Source: a virus
Taxonomy: Duplodnaviria; Caudoviricetes
Virus record (IMG/VR): IMGVR_UViG_2926558313_000004
Coordinates: 32,001-96,000 of that record
DNA length: 64,000 nt
Reading direction: 5' to 3' (one strand)
In this document: one piece after another, positions 44,407 through 54,524 of the stretch
Layout of the letters: every line of letters starts with the position of its first letter
Numbering within the stretch: position 1 is the first letter of the stretch
The notes under the pieces: generated by a model
Seen by the model: only the letters and a program-made list of their open reading frames with translations
The model's database searches: none
What the model was told of the DNA's origin: nothing
Made by a program: the position numbers and the translations under genes

Positions 44407-45075
44407 TTATGTGTCTGAATCCCCTATTAATTTGGTTATATTCTCCAACTTAACATAAGTATGATTTGCATACTGAACATAATCAATCATGTTTCCATCT
44501 TTCTCCCATCCCGCATGTTCCAACTTATGTTTTTTTATTCTAATCAACTTATTCTTTTTAAGTATTTCGTTGTATTTCATGATTGTATTTTTAGAAATCC
44601 CAGTTTCTTGTGAAATAGTTGATATGGAAGCATAGCAGCGATCTTTATATAATTCTAATCGGTTTATTCTTGATTCATAATAATAAATCAACCTAACTCC
44701 TACACTTCCAATTTGATCGACTATTCTTTTGTCTAAAAGTCTTATATCAACTTGGGTAAAATAATTCTTACTATGTAGAGTTGTCATTTCTTTATTGATA
44801 TGAACTTGCAAAGCCTTTTTCTTTGGAAAAGACTTTATTTCATTTAGAATTAACTTATTTTCATACATATTATTGAAAATTAGTTTTAAACTGCGATTAT
44901 CTGAGACAGATAAATAGTTCTTTAAGGCGGTATGATTCACTTCTAACAATTCGGATTTACACCTTCCGTAAAGTTCACATAATTTAGCGAACAGCAGGAA
45001 GGCGCTAGATTTCAGAGCAGGATTCCTTACCACTTCTTCTGTAAGGAGCTGCAGTTTAAACACCTTATCTGACAC
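44407..45075 (-). CDS. wHTH protein, putative replication initiator
   Basis: CYASISTISQETGISKNTIMKYNEILKKNKLI HTH; lies between two helicases with iterons directly downstream. Confidence 0.65.
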   Translation of the reverse strand: MSDKVFKLQLLTEEVVRNPALKSSAFLLFAKLCELYGRCKSELLEVNHTALKNYLSVSDNRSLKLIFNNMYENKLILNEIKSFPKKKALQVHINKEMTTLHSKNYFTQVDIRLLDKRIVDQIGSVGVRLIYYYESRINRLELYKDRCYASISTISQETGISKNTIMKYNEILKKNKLIRIKKHKLEHAGWEKDGNMIDYVQYANHTYVKLENITKLIGDSDT

Positions 45076-45117
45076 CAGCCCCCTCCTTTCTTTTTATTAA
45101 TTTTAATTTATTTTATT

Positions 45118-47316
45118 TTATTTATTTTGAAACATTTCACCTAAAAATGTCCTGCGCTCATGACTTACGTCAGTATTTATGGCATAGCGTAAAGCACTTA
45201 ATTCACAAATCATCATACACCATTTGCTTGCACGAGTAGGACCAGTATAAACAAATTGTCTACTTAGAAGTTTATACGAAGAATAATCAAATACAAATAG
45301 AACATTTTTTATAGTTGATCCTTGTGATCTATGTACGCTAATAGCATAAGCCAATTCAATTTGGTCTAGTTCCTCCTCAGTATACTTAATTACCCTATCA
45401 ATCCCTTCAAATTGAATGTATACTTCATGCTTTTTATTTCCTTTGATATATGTCTCTTGTATATCAATAATTTTACCAATTGTACCATTGAATACACTTA
45501 TCTCGCCATCTTCTCCAGCTTCGTAATTGTTTCCACATTGAATTATTTTATCATTAATATAATAAGTATACTCACCTTTCTTCACACCTTTTTGGCTAGT
45601 ATCGTTAAAGATTCCCTGTAATGTTTTATTTAATTGAGTGACTGAAATATCCCCACCTTTTTTTCTGCCGGTAATAACTTGAAAATCATCAATACTCTTC
45701 CCTTTTAGTTTTTTGGCAATATCAATAACAAGAGGAAGTATTCCTCCTTTATTTTTCAATCCATACACATAAAAGTCCTCTAATTCACCAAAAACATGCT
45801 TGCCAAATTCATCACTCTGGAGAATTTGATTGCCTTCTCGTATCTCATTTGCTTTTGATAGAATGCCAGATTTTTTGGCTTGCCTTTGAACTTGAGTTAA
45901 TTCTATACGAGGGATTTTACCACTATCTATTAGATCTCTAAATACTGCTCCAGCTCCAATGGAAGCAAGCTGCCCAATATCGCCTAAAATAAATAATTTA
46001 TAGCCTTCTTTAATTGCTTTAACTAGGCTATTAAAAAGATAAATATTTACCATTCCACTCTCATCTAAGGCGGTAATGTGGTATGGTAATTTATTCTCTT
46101 CATTGTATTTAAACTTAACTCCATCAGTTCCAAGCGTACGGTGTAGTGTCATTCCATTTAATCCGTTTTTCACCAAGATATTTGACGCTTTCCCGCTTAA
46201 TGCACATGCAACATGATTGTATTGATTATGAATTTTTATAATCCCTTTTAAAACGGTACTCTTTCCCGTTCCTGCTTTACCATCAATTATTAGCACATTG
46301 TATTTTAATGACAGTTTAATAGCTTCCATTTGCTCTTCAGAAAAAGAAAAACCTTGTTCGCTTTCTATTTCTTTAATTTTATTATTGATTTCTTCTATAT
46401 TTAGTTTGCTTTCAACTTTAAGAATTCTCTCTAATCTCAACTTAATTTCTTTTTCAGTATCAAATGTATATCTATTAGCTACCCTATTTTCATCTTGATA
46501 AAAATACCTCTTATCTAATGCTTGAATATGTACTTCTATAATAGAACGCTCAATCTCTAGCAATTCCTTCATCTTTTCAACTAGATCAAACTTTGTCATC
46601 CATGTATGACCTTCTTGCTCCTCACTCTTCAATATAAAGATGATGGCAGCTTGAATCCGATTGGGATTATCCTTAGCATCTCCTCTATTCATGGCATACC
46701 CATCTACTTTTTTAAAACCGAACATCTTAACTTCACACAAGGAATAAATATTATCTTTTACTTTTTGCACTACCAGCTCCGGACTGCCAAAATGATCCAC
46801 TAGCTTTTTCATTGCCTTAAAATTAATATTTAGGTCTTTTAGTTCCGTAATGGCATCTTGCATATCTAAATTTGCTAATAAATAACTCCTGATTTTTTTA
46901 TACCTTTTTTCACCAATGCCATGTATGTCTGTATAATCAAATGTATCCTCTTTCATCATGTCTAATATTTTTTCATTTGGGTATTTTTGGATAATCGCAT
47001 TAGCTTGAGATTCTGGCAATAAAGCTCTTATATATTCTTGCTGAGAACTTGCTGTCGTGGGTTTTTCCTGTTTTACAGAAACAAATCCATACCCTTTTCC
47101 GTATTTAGGATGAAATGTTGATTCAATCTCAAGATCGTACTCTTTACCTTCAATTAATTCAAAAGTATTCCCACTGACTACAAAAGTATTGAATTTATCA
47201 GTAATAATGTCATTTCTTTTCTCAATGGGTGTGAATCCATAAACACCCCATGAACTCTCTTCATTATAAAACCTTTTATGATCAACCACCGCTTTTATTT
47301 TGATCACTTCTTCCAA
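45118..47316 (-). CDS. RecD2/TraA-like SF1B helicase
   Basis: HhH IHGIGEK, GFKKVD, GKAGTGKS, DESGM, GDIGQL, AYAISVHRSQG. Confidence 0.93.
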   Translation of the reverse strand: MEEVIKIKAVVDHKRFYNEESSWGVYGFTPIEKRNDIITDKFNTFVVSGNTFELIEGKEYDLEIESTFHPKYGKGYGFVSVKQEKPTTASSQQEYIRALLPESQANAIIQKYPNEKILDMMKEDTFDYTDIHGIGEKRYKKIRSYLLANLDMQDAITELKDLNINFKAMKKLVDHFGSPELVVQKVKDNIYSLCEVKMFGFKKVDGYAMNRGDAKDNPNRIQAAIIFILKSEEQEGHTWMTKFDLVEKMKELLEIERSIIEVHIQALDKRYFYQDENRVANRYTFDTEKEIKLRLERILKVESKLNIEEINNKIKEIESEQGFSFSEEQMEAIKLSLKYNVLIIDGKAGTGKSTVLKGIIKIHNQYNHVACALSGKASNILVKNGLNGMTLHRTLGTDGVKFKYNEENKLPYHITALDESGMVNIYLFNSLVKAIKEGYKLFILGDIGQLASIGAGAVFRDLIDSGKIPRIELTQVQRQAKKSGILSKANEIREGNQILQSDEFGKHVFGELEDFYVYGLKNKGGILPLVIDIAKKLKGKSIDDFQVITGRKKGGDISVTQLNKTLQGIFNDTSQKGVKKGEYTYYINDKIIQCGNNYEAGEDGEISVFNGTIGKIIDIQETYIKGNKKHEVYIQFEGIDRVIKYTEEELDQIELAYAISVHRSQGSTIKNVLFVFDYSSYKLLSRQFVYTGPTRASKWCMMICELSALRYAINTDVSHERRTFLGEMFQNK

Positions 47317-47387
47317 ACTATAATCAACTCCTTTATATATTTTAATTTATTTTATTTATCCTTATCACTATCCTCCTTTTACTTCGA

Positions 47388-47416
47388 ATCATATCACTTA
47401 ATCTACCAATAGTCAA
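47388..47416 (-). promoter_or_regulatory. Sigma-A promoter for the replication operon
   Basis: TTGACT-N17-TATGAT with TG extension and AT-rich UP tract. Confidence 0.7.
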
Positions 47417-47455
47417 TAAATTATAATTATTTTTTATTTGTATTGGAGGAGCAAA

Positions 47456-49669
47456 TTAACTCCTCCATTTGTTTAACTCTTCTTTGCTTGCTATTAATTC
47501 ATATCCCCTATTCCCTTCATGCTTTATCAGCCATCTATCTTCAATTAACTGATGCATTAATTCCTTTATTACTTCTGGTCTTGTTCTCATCTCTTCTCTT
47601 AATTTTCTCGCTCTTACTTCCCCTGTGCTAGCGATAATGCGTTTAATTTTATCCAATGGACTTTCTTCTACTACTTTCGGATTTAAATACCGATTCGATT
47701 TTACATATGAGATAATTTTTTTATATGTTTTTTCTTCCTCATTAGCATTTAAAGAAATTACCGCACTTTGAAATTGCTCAAATGGTTTGATTTGACCTTT
47801 TAACTTCATGACTCCATGCCCACTACCCAATAATTCAAATGGAACACCTGTTCCAAAAACTGTTCTGTATCCAGAAGAGGTTGATAATCTGAAACTAATC
47901 TTAGATGGAATATTGTCTTTAATTATGGTATCAACAATATTTTTATTTGGCTGCTGAGTAGCTATTATTAAATGGATTCCAGAAGCCCTTGCTTTTTGAC
48001 TTATTTTTTGAATACTGTCAACTATTTGGGGATTAGCCATCTTTAAATCTGCGAATTCATCAATTATGATTACGATATATGGAAGAGGATCATGGGGATT
48101 TTTTTGATTATAACTCTTGATGTCTTTAGCACCTCTCTTTTTAAATAATTCATATCTTTTTTCCATTTCTTGAATAACCTCATTCTCCATCTTTAACGAT
48201 GCCTCTTTTGGATCTGTAATTACTGAATTAACGTGAGGAAATTCTTTAAACTGTACTAGTTCTACTTGTTTTGGGTCAATAAGATAAAGATTAAGGCGAC
48301 TAGGTGGAACAAAAAGGAGCATTGTTAAAATAGCTTGATTTAAAAAATTGGATTTTCCTCCTCCTGTCTCACCAGCTATAAGAAGATGGGTTAAAGAAGT
48401 CAAACAACGAAATATCGGTTTACCAAATGAATCGAGTCCGACAAAGAAAGGAATTTCCAACTCTATGAGAGAATTTTGTGTCTTTTTATCAGATAATACT
48501 TCACTGAGATAAATCGCATTCTTGTTTTGTTTGGCAATTAAAAACCCAATGGTGTCAGGTTTATCACCTTGTTCAATTGACAGTGAAGATACTCCAAGTG
48601 ACACCTGAACATCTTCCTTTTTTGCAATAATTTTTGAATAAACTAAGTCTTTTGGTATGAAGTACTGACACCTAATAAAACTAAGACCATCCATTTCATG
48701 ATCTAATTTCATATCTTTTTCACTTTTAATTACACCTATTCTTTTTAATGTTTTTGGTATTTGTAGAGAAATATCTCTATATTCATTATTTATACTTTTA
48801 TTATTGTTCATTGGCAATAGATCAAATATATTGTTTGCGGCATTAACACCCTCCTTTTCTTTGTGCCTCCCTTCTTCAATTATATCTTTTGTGAGTTCTA
48901 TTGTATTGTCGTAAGCCAAGAACGAATTTATCTCATTTCTGCTCAAATATTGTTTTTCATAAAATATTGATGAACCACTTTTAATTTCTTCTATGAAAAA
49001 ACAGTTCATTCCTGACAGTTTTTTGCACGAATATTTTATTAAGTCTTTAATTAATTTTATTTGGCTATTGTTGTTGCTATCGATACCTATCATACATTCA
49101 AAACTATATTGATCATCAATTATTTTCTGCTCAATTTCTTTTATAGGACTTCTAATCTTAGATTTTGCTTTAAGGTTTAATATGTTCCAAATTGACCGAT
49201 AAAAACCACTTTCTATCGCCAACTCATTTCCGGTGATAAAGTGCTCATATTTTTCTATCTCAGTATCTCTCCATGCCCCACTCCTTTTTTTAATCATTAA
49301 TTTAATTATTATTTTATCATTGGGATCAAAAACATGGAGATTACTAAGCAAAGGAGAAATGAGTGAAAGACCATCTTCTACACCTATCGGAAAGAGCGAG
49401 TCTTCTTTCAATTTCAATCGAATCCAGTTGGCAGCATTAATATTAACTCCGTTTACAACTTCACTCAATCCTCTGTTTTTCCAGAAATAAGGAGCATGAA
49501 GGTAAGACTTGCTTTCGTGTTTATTAATTTCCCATATAACTGACACATGTGCCATTTCTAAGTAGTGATTATCAAATAGCTTTTCATGATCTTTAATCAT
49601 GAAATAACCATATGAATATTTTTCTTCGTCGTTCACATTTATAAAATTTGACAATATTTTATTTAGCAC
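47456..49669 (-). CDS. FtsK/SpoIIIE-family ATPase with a C-terminal wHTH
   Basis: HLLIAGETGGGKS, IDPK, IIDEFADL, RASGIHLIIATQQP, LLGSG. Confidence 0.93.
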   Translation of the reverse strand: MLNKILSNFINVNDEEKYSYGYFMIKDHEKLFDNHYLEMAHVSVIWEINKHESKSYLHAPYFWKNRGLSEVVNGVNINAANWIRLKLKEDSLFPIGVEDGLSLISPLLSNLHVFDPNDKIIIKLMIKKRSGAWRDTEIEKYEHFITGNELAIESGFYRSIWNILNLKAKSKIRSPIKEIEQKIIDDQYSFECMIGIDSNNNSQIKLIKDLIKYSCKKLSGMNCFFIEEIKSGSSIFYEKQYLSRNEINSFLAYDNTIELTKDIIEEGRHKEKEGVNAANNIFDLLPMNNNKSINNEYRDISLQIPKTLKRIGVIKSEKDMKLDHEMDGLSFIRCQYFIPKDLVYSKIIAKKEDVQVSLGVSSLSIEQGDKPDTIGFLIAKQNKNAIYLSEVLSDKKTQNSLIELEIPFFVGLDSFGKPIFRCLTSLTHLLIAGETGGGKSNFLNQAILTMLLFVPPSRLNLYLIDPKQVELVQFKEFPHVNSVITDPKEASLKMENEVIQEMEKRYELFKKRGAKDIKSYNQKNPHDPLPYIVIIIDEFADLKMANPQIVDSIQKISQKARASGIHLIIATQQPNKNIVDTIIKDNIPSKISFRLSTSSGYRTVFGTGVPFELLGSGHGVMKLKGQIKPFEQFQSAVISLNANEEEKTYKKIISYVKSNRYLNPKVVEESPLDKIKRIIASTGEVRARKLREEMRTRPEVIKELMHQLIEDRWLIKHEGNRGYELIASKEELNKWRS

Positions 49670-49682
49670 AATGTCCTCTCCT

Positions 49683-50765
49683 TTACCTAAGAAGTTTTTT
49701 ACCAGCTAGCTTTACCCAACCAGCGGGTGTAGATAAATTAAGAGACTTTAATGTAAACATAGCTCTATATCCTTTTAACATCTCATTTATCCCTTTTTCT
49801 GAAGTAGAAGCCAAGTTCTTGATGAATCTTGGAGGATGGCTCATACGCCAGAAACCACCTGCTACGATAATTATGCGAAAAATAGCTTCCCATCCACTGG
49901 AAGTCCCCCTAGTAAGAAAAATAAATAATCCTATAAAAGTTATAAATAGAGCATAAGTGAGTTGAACAATACAAATATCTTTAATGTTCTCATACCACAT
50001 AAAAAAGTATTTTTTTGTATCGGTAAATATCCAAGATGACAGTGCAAGAGGCGTAAGGGCGCTTAAAACAAACAAGTCAAAATATCTTCGACCGTTTTGT
50101 AAAGCAACAGGTATTAAAGTTCCAATCAATAAAACGTCAAAACCAATGAAAGCTAATGTATCTAGTCCTGACAGAGTTGAAGCTGGCAAATCAGAAGAAG
50201 TAGACATGCCACTATAACCTAATTTAGTGATTAACCTAGATAGTTGACTGACATAATAAAAGACTTTTTCAAGAATAAATGGAGAAAATCCCATTCCTAC
50301 GATTACAATCGCAAATCGTTTTACGATATCTGAAAAATTATCTGCTTTCTGCTGTCGATTAAACATAAGCTTTACCGAATTTAAGATAAATCCTATTGTC
50401 ACCAATCCTATTGATACTCCCGAAAAAATCATTATGTTTTCCCTAAAATAATCATTAGTAAAGATAAATGGAGGTATTTGTAGTACGATGCTTGAAATAG
50501 CTTCGTAACACCAGCCAAGCAAATCAATACTAGCTACAGCAATTTTTGAATTTAAATCAGCAATCCAATCAAAAAACTGATTCAATTTGCTTCCAATTTC
50601 ATCCCATAGATCTAATTGATCTTTTATACGCTCTCCGATCATTAGCCCCTTCTCTAATCCCTCATCATTTTTGCTCAAATCCCAAATTATTTGAGCTGGT
50701 GACTTGTATTTAGTGTGAGCAAAAGCTTTTTCACAATTAAGTAGTATAAATGACATGGAAAACAC
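49683..50765 (-). CDS. Polytopic membrane protein (VirB6/TrbL-like)
   Basis: About 6 hydrophobic segments; RYFDLFVLSALTPLAL...FFMW pattern. Confidence 0.6.
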   Translation of the reverse strand: MFSMSFILLNCEKAFAHTKYKSPAQIIWDLSKNDEGLEKGLMIGERIKDQLDLWDEIGSKLNQFFDWIADLNSKIAVASIDLLGWCYEAISSIVLQIPPFIFTNDYFRENIMIFSGVSIGLVTIGFILNSVKLMFNRQQKADNFSDIVKRFAIVIVGMGFSPFILEKVFYYVSQLSRLITKLGYSGMSTSSDLPASTLSGLDTLAFIGFDVLLIGTLIPVALQNGRRYFDLFVLSALTPLALSSWIFTDTKKYFFMWYENIKDICIVQLTYALFITFIGLFIFLTRGTSSGWEAIFRIIIVAGGFWRMSHPPRFIKNLASTSEKGINEMLKGYRAMFTLKSLNLSTPAGWVKLAGKKLLR

Positions 50766-50797
50766 AGAAACAGGGATGATTATTTTTTTATATTTAT

Positions 50798-51367
50798 TTA
50801 TAAGGGAAGTTGAAAGTTCGGCAATCCTCCCAACAATAATTTTGCCACAGTTAGTAAAATGATGATTACGGTGGGCGTTATTAGTATTTGTGTCATCCCT
50901 TTGATTGAATTTGATGCTGATTCCATTGCTTTTTTGTGATATTTCTCGTTTGGATGATAGTAATAAAGTCGAGTTATAAGAAGAACCAAAGCCCCGATCC
51001 CTATTCCAATTATTACTGAATAGTCTATTAGCATTTTGACTACTTCCATTAATTCTGTCGAGGTGGGTAGACCTGTTATTTCTGCCACTGATTTCTCTTC
51101 TGCACTGGCTTTGATTGGTTTTGTAATTGCTGTGGTTGATAGGAGCAGTGGAATGGTGTTTTCCAATATTTTTTGTTTGCTGTTTGGTAGCTTTTTCACC
51201 TCCTTTCTTAGTTGATCCACTAAAAAACTTAGTTGATTTGAGTTTCTGTCACTAATTGTTATAACCTTATTTGGCTTCTTGTACTTGACGTAGCTCTTCA
51301 AGGACTTCGCTTGCATGTTCACCTGTATAGACATTTCTCTTTCCTCCTCTACTTCTTTTAAAATCAA
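50798..51367 (-). CDS. Membrane protein with two C-terminal TM helices (pilin/VirB2-like topology)
   Basis: Hydrophobic hairpin SVIIGIGIGALVLLI / ILITPTVIIILL. Confidence 0.55.
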   Translation of the reverse strand: MILKEVEEEREMSIQVNMQAKSLKSYVKYKKPNKVITISDRNSNQLSFLVDQLRKEVKKLPNSKQKILENTIPLLLSTTAITKPIKASAEEKSVAEITGLPTSTELMEVVKMLIDYSVIIGIGIGALVLLITRLYYYHPNEKYHKKAMESASNSIKGMTQILITPTVIIILLTVAKLLLGGLPNFQLPL

Positions 51368-51509
51368 GTGATTTACTTTCTTTCTTACTTAGTTTGAAAT
51401 CATGATGTTTTTGCAAGCCTGAAATCAAACCAATACTCGTGCTCACAACTAATCCTGCCTTAATTGCTAACCACCCGATACCTAATATTGTTGTAGTCAA
51501 TTTTTTCAC
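51267..51509 (-). CDS. Small membrane-anchored protein
   Basis: N-terminal hydrophobic helix; overlaps the downstream gene. Confidence 0.45.
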   Translation of the reverse strand: MKKLTTTILGIGWLAIKAGLVVSTSIGLISGLQKHHDFKLSKKESKSLDFKRSRGGKRNVYTGEHASEVLEELRQVQEAK

Positions 51510-51580
51510 CTCATTTTTGTTTGCTTACTAAAGTGTATTCATGAGAAAATTTGTACTATTACAAATTAAATCGAAAAAAT

Positions 51581-51991
51581 TTACTCCCTATAAAGAACTC
51601 TCCTTATGGGTGGATTGTTGAATGCTGTCCATATCCTCAAAAAATTATCTAAAGACATTTGAGATTTATTATTTAAAATCAAATTTAATGTTGATGGGTC
51701 AATCTTTGTTATTTCAGCAAGATCTTTTTGCTTTGCTTCTGAATTTACAAGTAACTCTTTAAAGCGGTTTTTAATTACACCTTGTTCAATTTCATTTTGG
51801 TTTACGACATCATAATTGAAGAGAGTGTGGATCTCAGCCAATTGTTTGACAACTGATCCCTTTATGAAGTTTTCAATTAAGACTGGTTCCTCACCAATCT
51901 TTAGCAATTCATTTTTATAATTGTAGTAATTCACGACTTTTACAAGTTCCTCGTAAGTTTCGTCTCTAAGTGAGATTTTTATTTCCTTCAT
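51581..51991 (-). CDS. Regulator with an N-terminal RHH-like segment and a C-terminal XRE HTH
   Basis: MKEIKISLRDETYEEL; QKDLAEITKIDPSTLNLI. Confidence 0.75.
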   Translation of the reverse strand: MKEIKISLRDETYEELVKVVNYYNYKNELLKIGEEPVLIENFIKGSVVKQLAEIHTLFNYDVVNQNEIEQGVIKNRFKELLVNSEAKQKDLAEITKIDPSTLNLILNNKSQMSLDNFLRIWTAFNNPPIRRVLYRE

Positions 51992-52132
51992 GAATAACCC
52001 CTCCGTATTTAGGACATTTTAAAGGTAACATGATTTTTGAGGTGATAACGCATGGCAAAAACCAAGGAAGAAAGACTGTCAGACACTATTAAGGATATTA
52101 ATAATAACGGCAAAAATGCTTAGGAGGAAAAT

Positions 52133-52300
52133 ATGGAAGCTTTTATGGGATGGAAAATAGATAAGTTTGACTGGGAAGATGACTTGTTGAACTGCAGCAA
52201 TAAAATTATAAGGGAAACAGGTCTTTCAAGAGAACGGTTATATACGGCATTACACGTTCTAAGTGAAGAAGGAATAATAAAAGCTAAAATAATAAATTAA
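52133..52300 (+). CDS. 55-aa wHTH-like protein not in the ORF track
   Basis: RBS AGGAGG; IIRETGLSRERLYTALHVLSEEGII. Confidence 0.55.
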   Translation: MEAFMGWKIDKFDWEDDLLNCSNKIIRETGLSRERLYTALHVLSEEGIIKAKIIN

Positions 52301-52796
52301 ACCAAATAACAATATTAGAAATGATGATATTAATAAATTCTGTAAGTTGCTCCTGATTATTGCTTAAAAGATCGAGGATGGAATGGTGTGGATTACTAAA
52401 AATCCCTGCTTCATTACCCATATTTTGAATTTGATCAATATATTGAGATGGATCTATATACTGGTCATTAAACTTTACTCCGAAGTGAAGATGGTTTCCG
52501 GTGGAATGTCCGGTATTGCCCGAATAACCAATAAGCTGATCTTTTTCAATTGAATCTCCACTTTTCAATTGATTGTTAAATTTGCTTAGATGACCATAGA
52601 TAAAAGTTAATCCTTGTTCATTCTCAATCATGACGGTTTTTCCGGCATTTTTATCACCATAGTCTACATATTTAATTACTCCTTCGGTAATTGAATAAAG
52701 TTCCTCTCCTTCTTTCATAGCAAAATCAATTCCATTATGAGGATTTTTTCTGAAAGCTTCTTGTTCACCGAAATGTGAAGTGATTCTCCAAGTCAT
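52284..52796 (-). CDS. M23 metallopeptidase (peptidoglycan hydrolase)
   Basis: HNGID, YGHL, GNTGHSTGNHLHF. Confidence 0.93.
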   Translation of the reverse strand: MTWRITSHFGEQEAFRKNPHNGIDFAMKEGEELYSITEGVIKYVDYGDKNAGKTVMIENEQGLTFIYGHLSKFNNQLKSGDSIEKDQLIGYSGNTGHSTGNHLHFGVKFNDQYIDPSQYIDQIQNMGNEAGIFSNPHHSILDLLSNNQEQLTEFINIIISNIVIWFNLLF

Positions 52797-52895
52797 ACCA
52801 ATCCTCTCCTATTTAATATTTCATAATAATTTGATTCCTGTCTCTACCGAGGTTAATTGGATAACTTAAAAAGACAAAAATTTAGCTGTTTTTCT

Positions 52896-52972
52896 GTTAC
52901 CCACTAGTGGTAACGGATTCGGTAACACATATGGGTAACAGAAATTTGATTTTCGGTAACAAAGAGGGTAAC
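52896..52972. repeat. GGTAAC iteron cluster (tubC-like centromere candidate)
   Basis: GGTAAC at 52909, 52921, 52934, 52955, 52967 plus inverted GTTACC at 52896. Confidence 0.7.
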
Positions 52973-52999
52973 AATAAGTTTATATGTCAGTATAATATT

Positions 53000-54109
53000 T
53001 TATCGTTGGTATCTTGTTAAAATTTCAGTTATTGACCTCTTTTCTTGTGTTTTTTGTTCCTTTTTATTGAATAGTGAAATATCTAAATCGGGTCGATATC
53101 TTTTTTCAGGTTGTAATGTACTTTTAATTCGACTTTCATCGGAATGAATTTTTTGTTCAATTTGCTTTAATCGTGTTTCACACCATGAAAGACCGCTGCA
53201 AATGGTAATTATTTTGCTTGCGCCTGTGGAATAATATCCCTCAAATAAGTTAATTGGCTCCCCAAAGTCAAAATGCCTAAATAGTCTATTTGAATGTGTA
53301 TTGCTTATAGTTTTGGAGTCATAATCAAAGATCACTCCTGCTTTAATCACCTTTTTCATCTCTGGCTCAATATAAATAGAACATAGCCATGACTGCTTAG
53401 TTTTTTCATATATCCATTGTTCATCTTCAAATTTCGATTCTTCGGTAACATTAATGTCTCCAATAATAGCTAACCCGTCAGTGTCAAAGATCGTCAATAA
53501 GTCTCTCTCATCTAAGTTGGATATAGATGATTCTTCTCGTGTGTATTTTAAAAGTTGATGAATTTGGTTTATAAACTTACAATTTATTTCCATATACTTA
53601 GTGTGTTTATTTAGATTACTGTTTGCTTTTTGATTATCTATAGGCAGAATGCACGTTTGTAAATTAGATAATTCTGAAAAAACATCTAGGGTATTAAGTT
53701 GATTAATTGTTACTTCTGTCAGATCAGGTAAAATTGGACAAGCTACGATAACCTTACCTAATTTATGTTTAAGTAATTCAATAATCATTGGACTAGAGCC
53801 AGAACCAGTTCCTCCGCCAGTGGAAAAAGCAATAAAAATTATCTTAATCGAAGGGTGTGAAAACCTCTCTTCTATAAATGAAACCACTCTCTCCCAATTA
53901 AAGTTCATAAGTCGAAGTGCCTCATTTCGATCTCTTCCCACTCCCTCGGAACCAATTAAACAAAGTTTATTTTCATTTTGAATTTCTTTGCAGCCATCTA
54001 AATCTTTTTGACTGAAATTTATTGCTACTGAAGGATACCCTAATTTAGATGCTAAACTCACTACAGAAGTCCCGCCTTGCCCAACTCCTATGAAACCATA
54101 CATGTTCAT
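53000..54109 (-). CDS. Tubulin/FtsZ-family GTPase (TubZ/RepX-like)
   Basis: GVGQGG, GGGTGSG signature, IDN, T7-like NLDERD. Confidence 0.9.
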   Translation of the reverse strand: MNMYGFIGVGQGGTSVVSLASKLGYPSVAINFSQKDLDGCKEIQNENKLCLIGSEGVGRDRNEALRLMNFNWERVVSFIEERFSHPSIKIIFIAFSTGGGTGSGSSPMIIELLKHKLGKVIVACPILPDLTEVTINQLNTLDVFSELSNLQTCILPIDNQKANSNLNKHTKYMEINCKFINQIHQLLKYTREESSISNLDERDLLTIFDTDGLAIIGDINVTEESKFEDEQWIYEKTKQSWLCSIYIEPEMKKVIKAGVIFDYDSKTISNTHSNRLFRHFDFGEPINLFEGYYSTGASKIITICSGLSWCETRLKQIEQKIHSDESRIKSTLQPEKRYRPDLDISLFNKKEQKTQEKRSITEILTRYQR

Positions 54110-54384
54110 TCAACCCCTTCTAATGAATAATGAACAGATTTAACTCCGAAATTTGTAATATAAATATCATGAGTCATTTGATTTCTTAAGATTCCAATTA
54201 GCTTTTTTGTTTCTAAAGACATAATTGTTTTATTGAAAGTTGCCTGACTCCAATCAATTTTTTTCTTCAAATCTTTACGTTTAAGTGCTTTAAATGGAGC
54301 ATCGGAATCATGATCCATCAAAATTCCCAGTATCATAATTTCATTATTTGATAAATCAGATGCGATTGCTTCAAAATAATTCAT
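54106..54384 (-). CDS. MarR-like wHTH protein (TubR-like adaptor)
   Basis: SQATFNKTIMSLETKKLI...IYITNFG; translationally coupled to the tubulin gene. Confidence 0.7.
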   Translation of the reverse strand: MNYFEAIASDLSNNEIMILGILMDHDSDAPFKALKRKDLKKKIDWSQATFNKTIMSLETKKLIGILRNQMTHDIYITNFGVKSVHYSLEGVE

Positions 54385-54524
54385 CAGCCTACCTCCTTAA
54401 AATTTTTAAAAAATTTTAAAGCGAATTGAAAATGTTCAAATATTTCGCTTTGTGATTTAGTTATATGCAATGTATACTTGTCAATATTTCCATTTATTTT
54501 TAAAAAACAAAATAAATTAAAACA

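Noticed and set aside
2290-50217. Plus-strand ORFs antisense to minus-strand genes (e.g. 2290, 3684, 10834, 12247, 23298, 43158, 49648)
   Set aside because: Shadow frames of real genes with no RBS and Phe/Ser/Leu-biased composition.
54450-54490. Sporulation sigma-E/K promoter for the tubulin operon (ATATT-N15-CATATAAC)
   Set aside because: Imperfect match that is easily produced by chance in AT-rich DNA; not reported as a feature.
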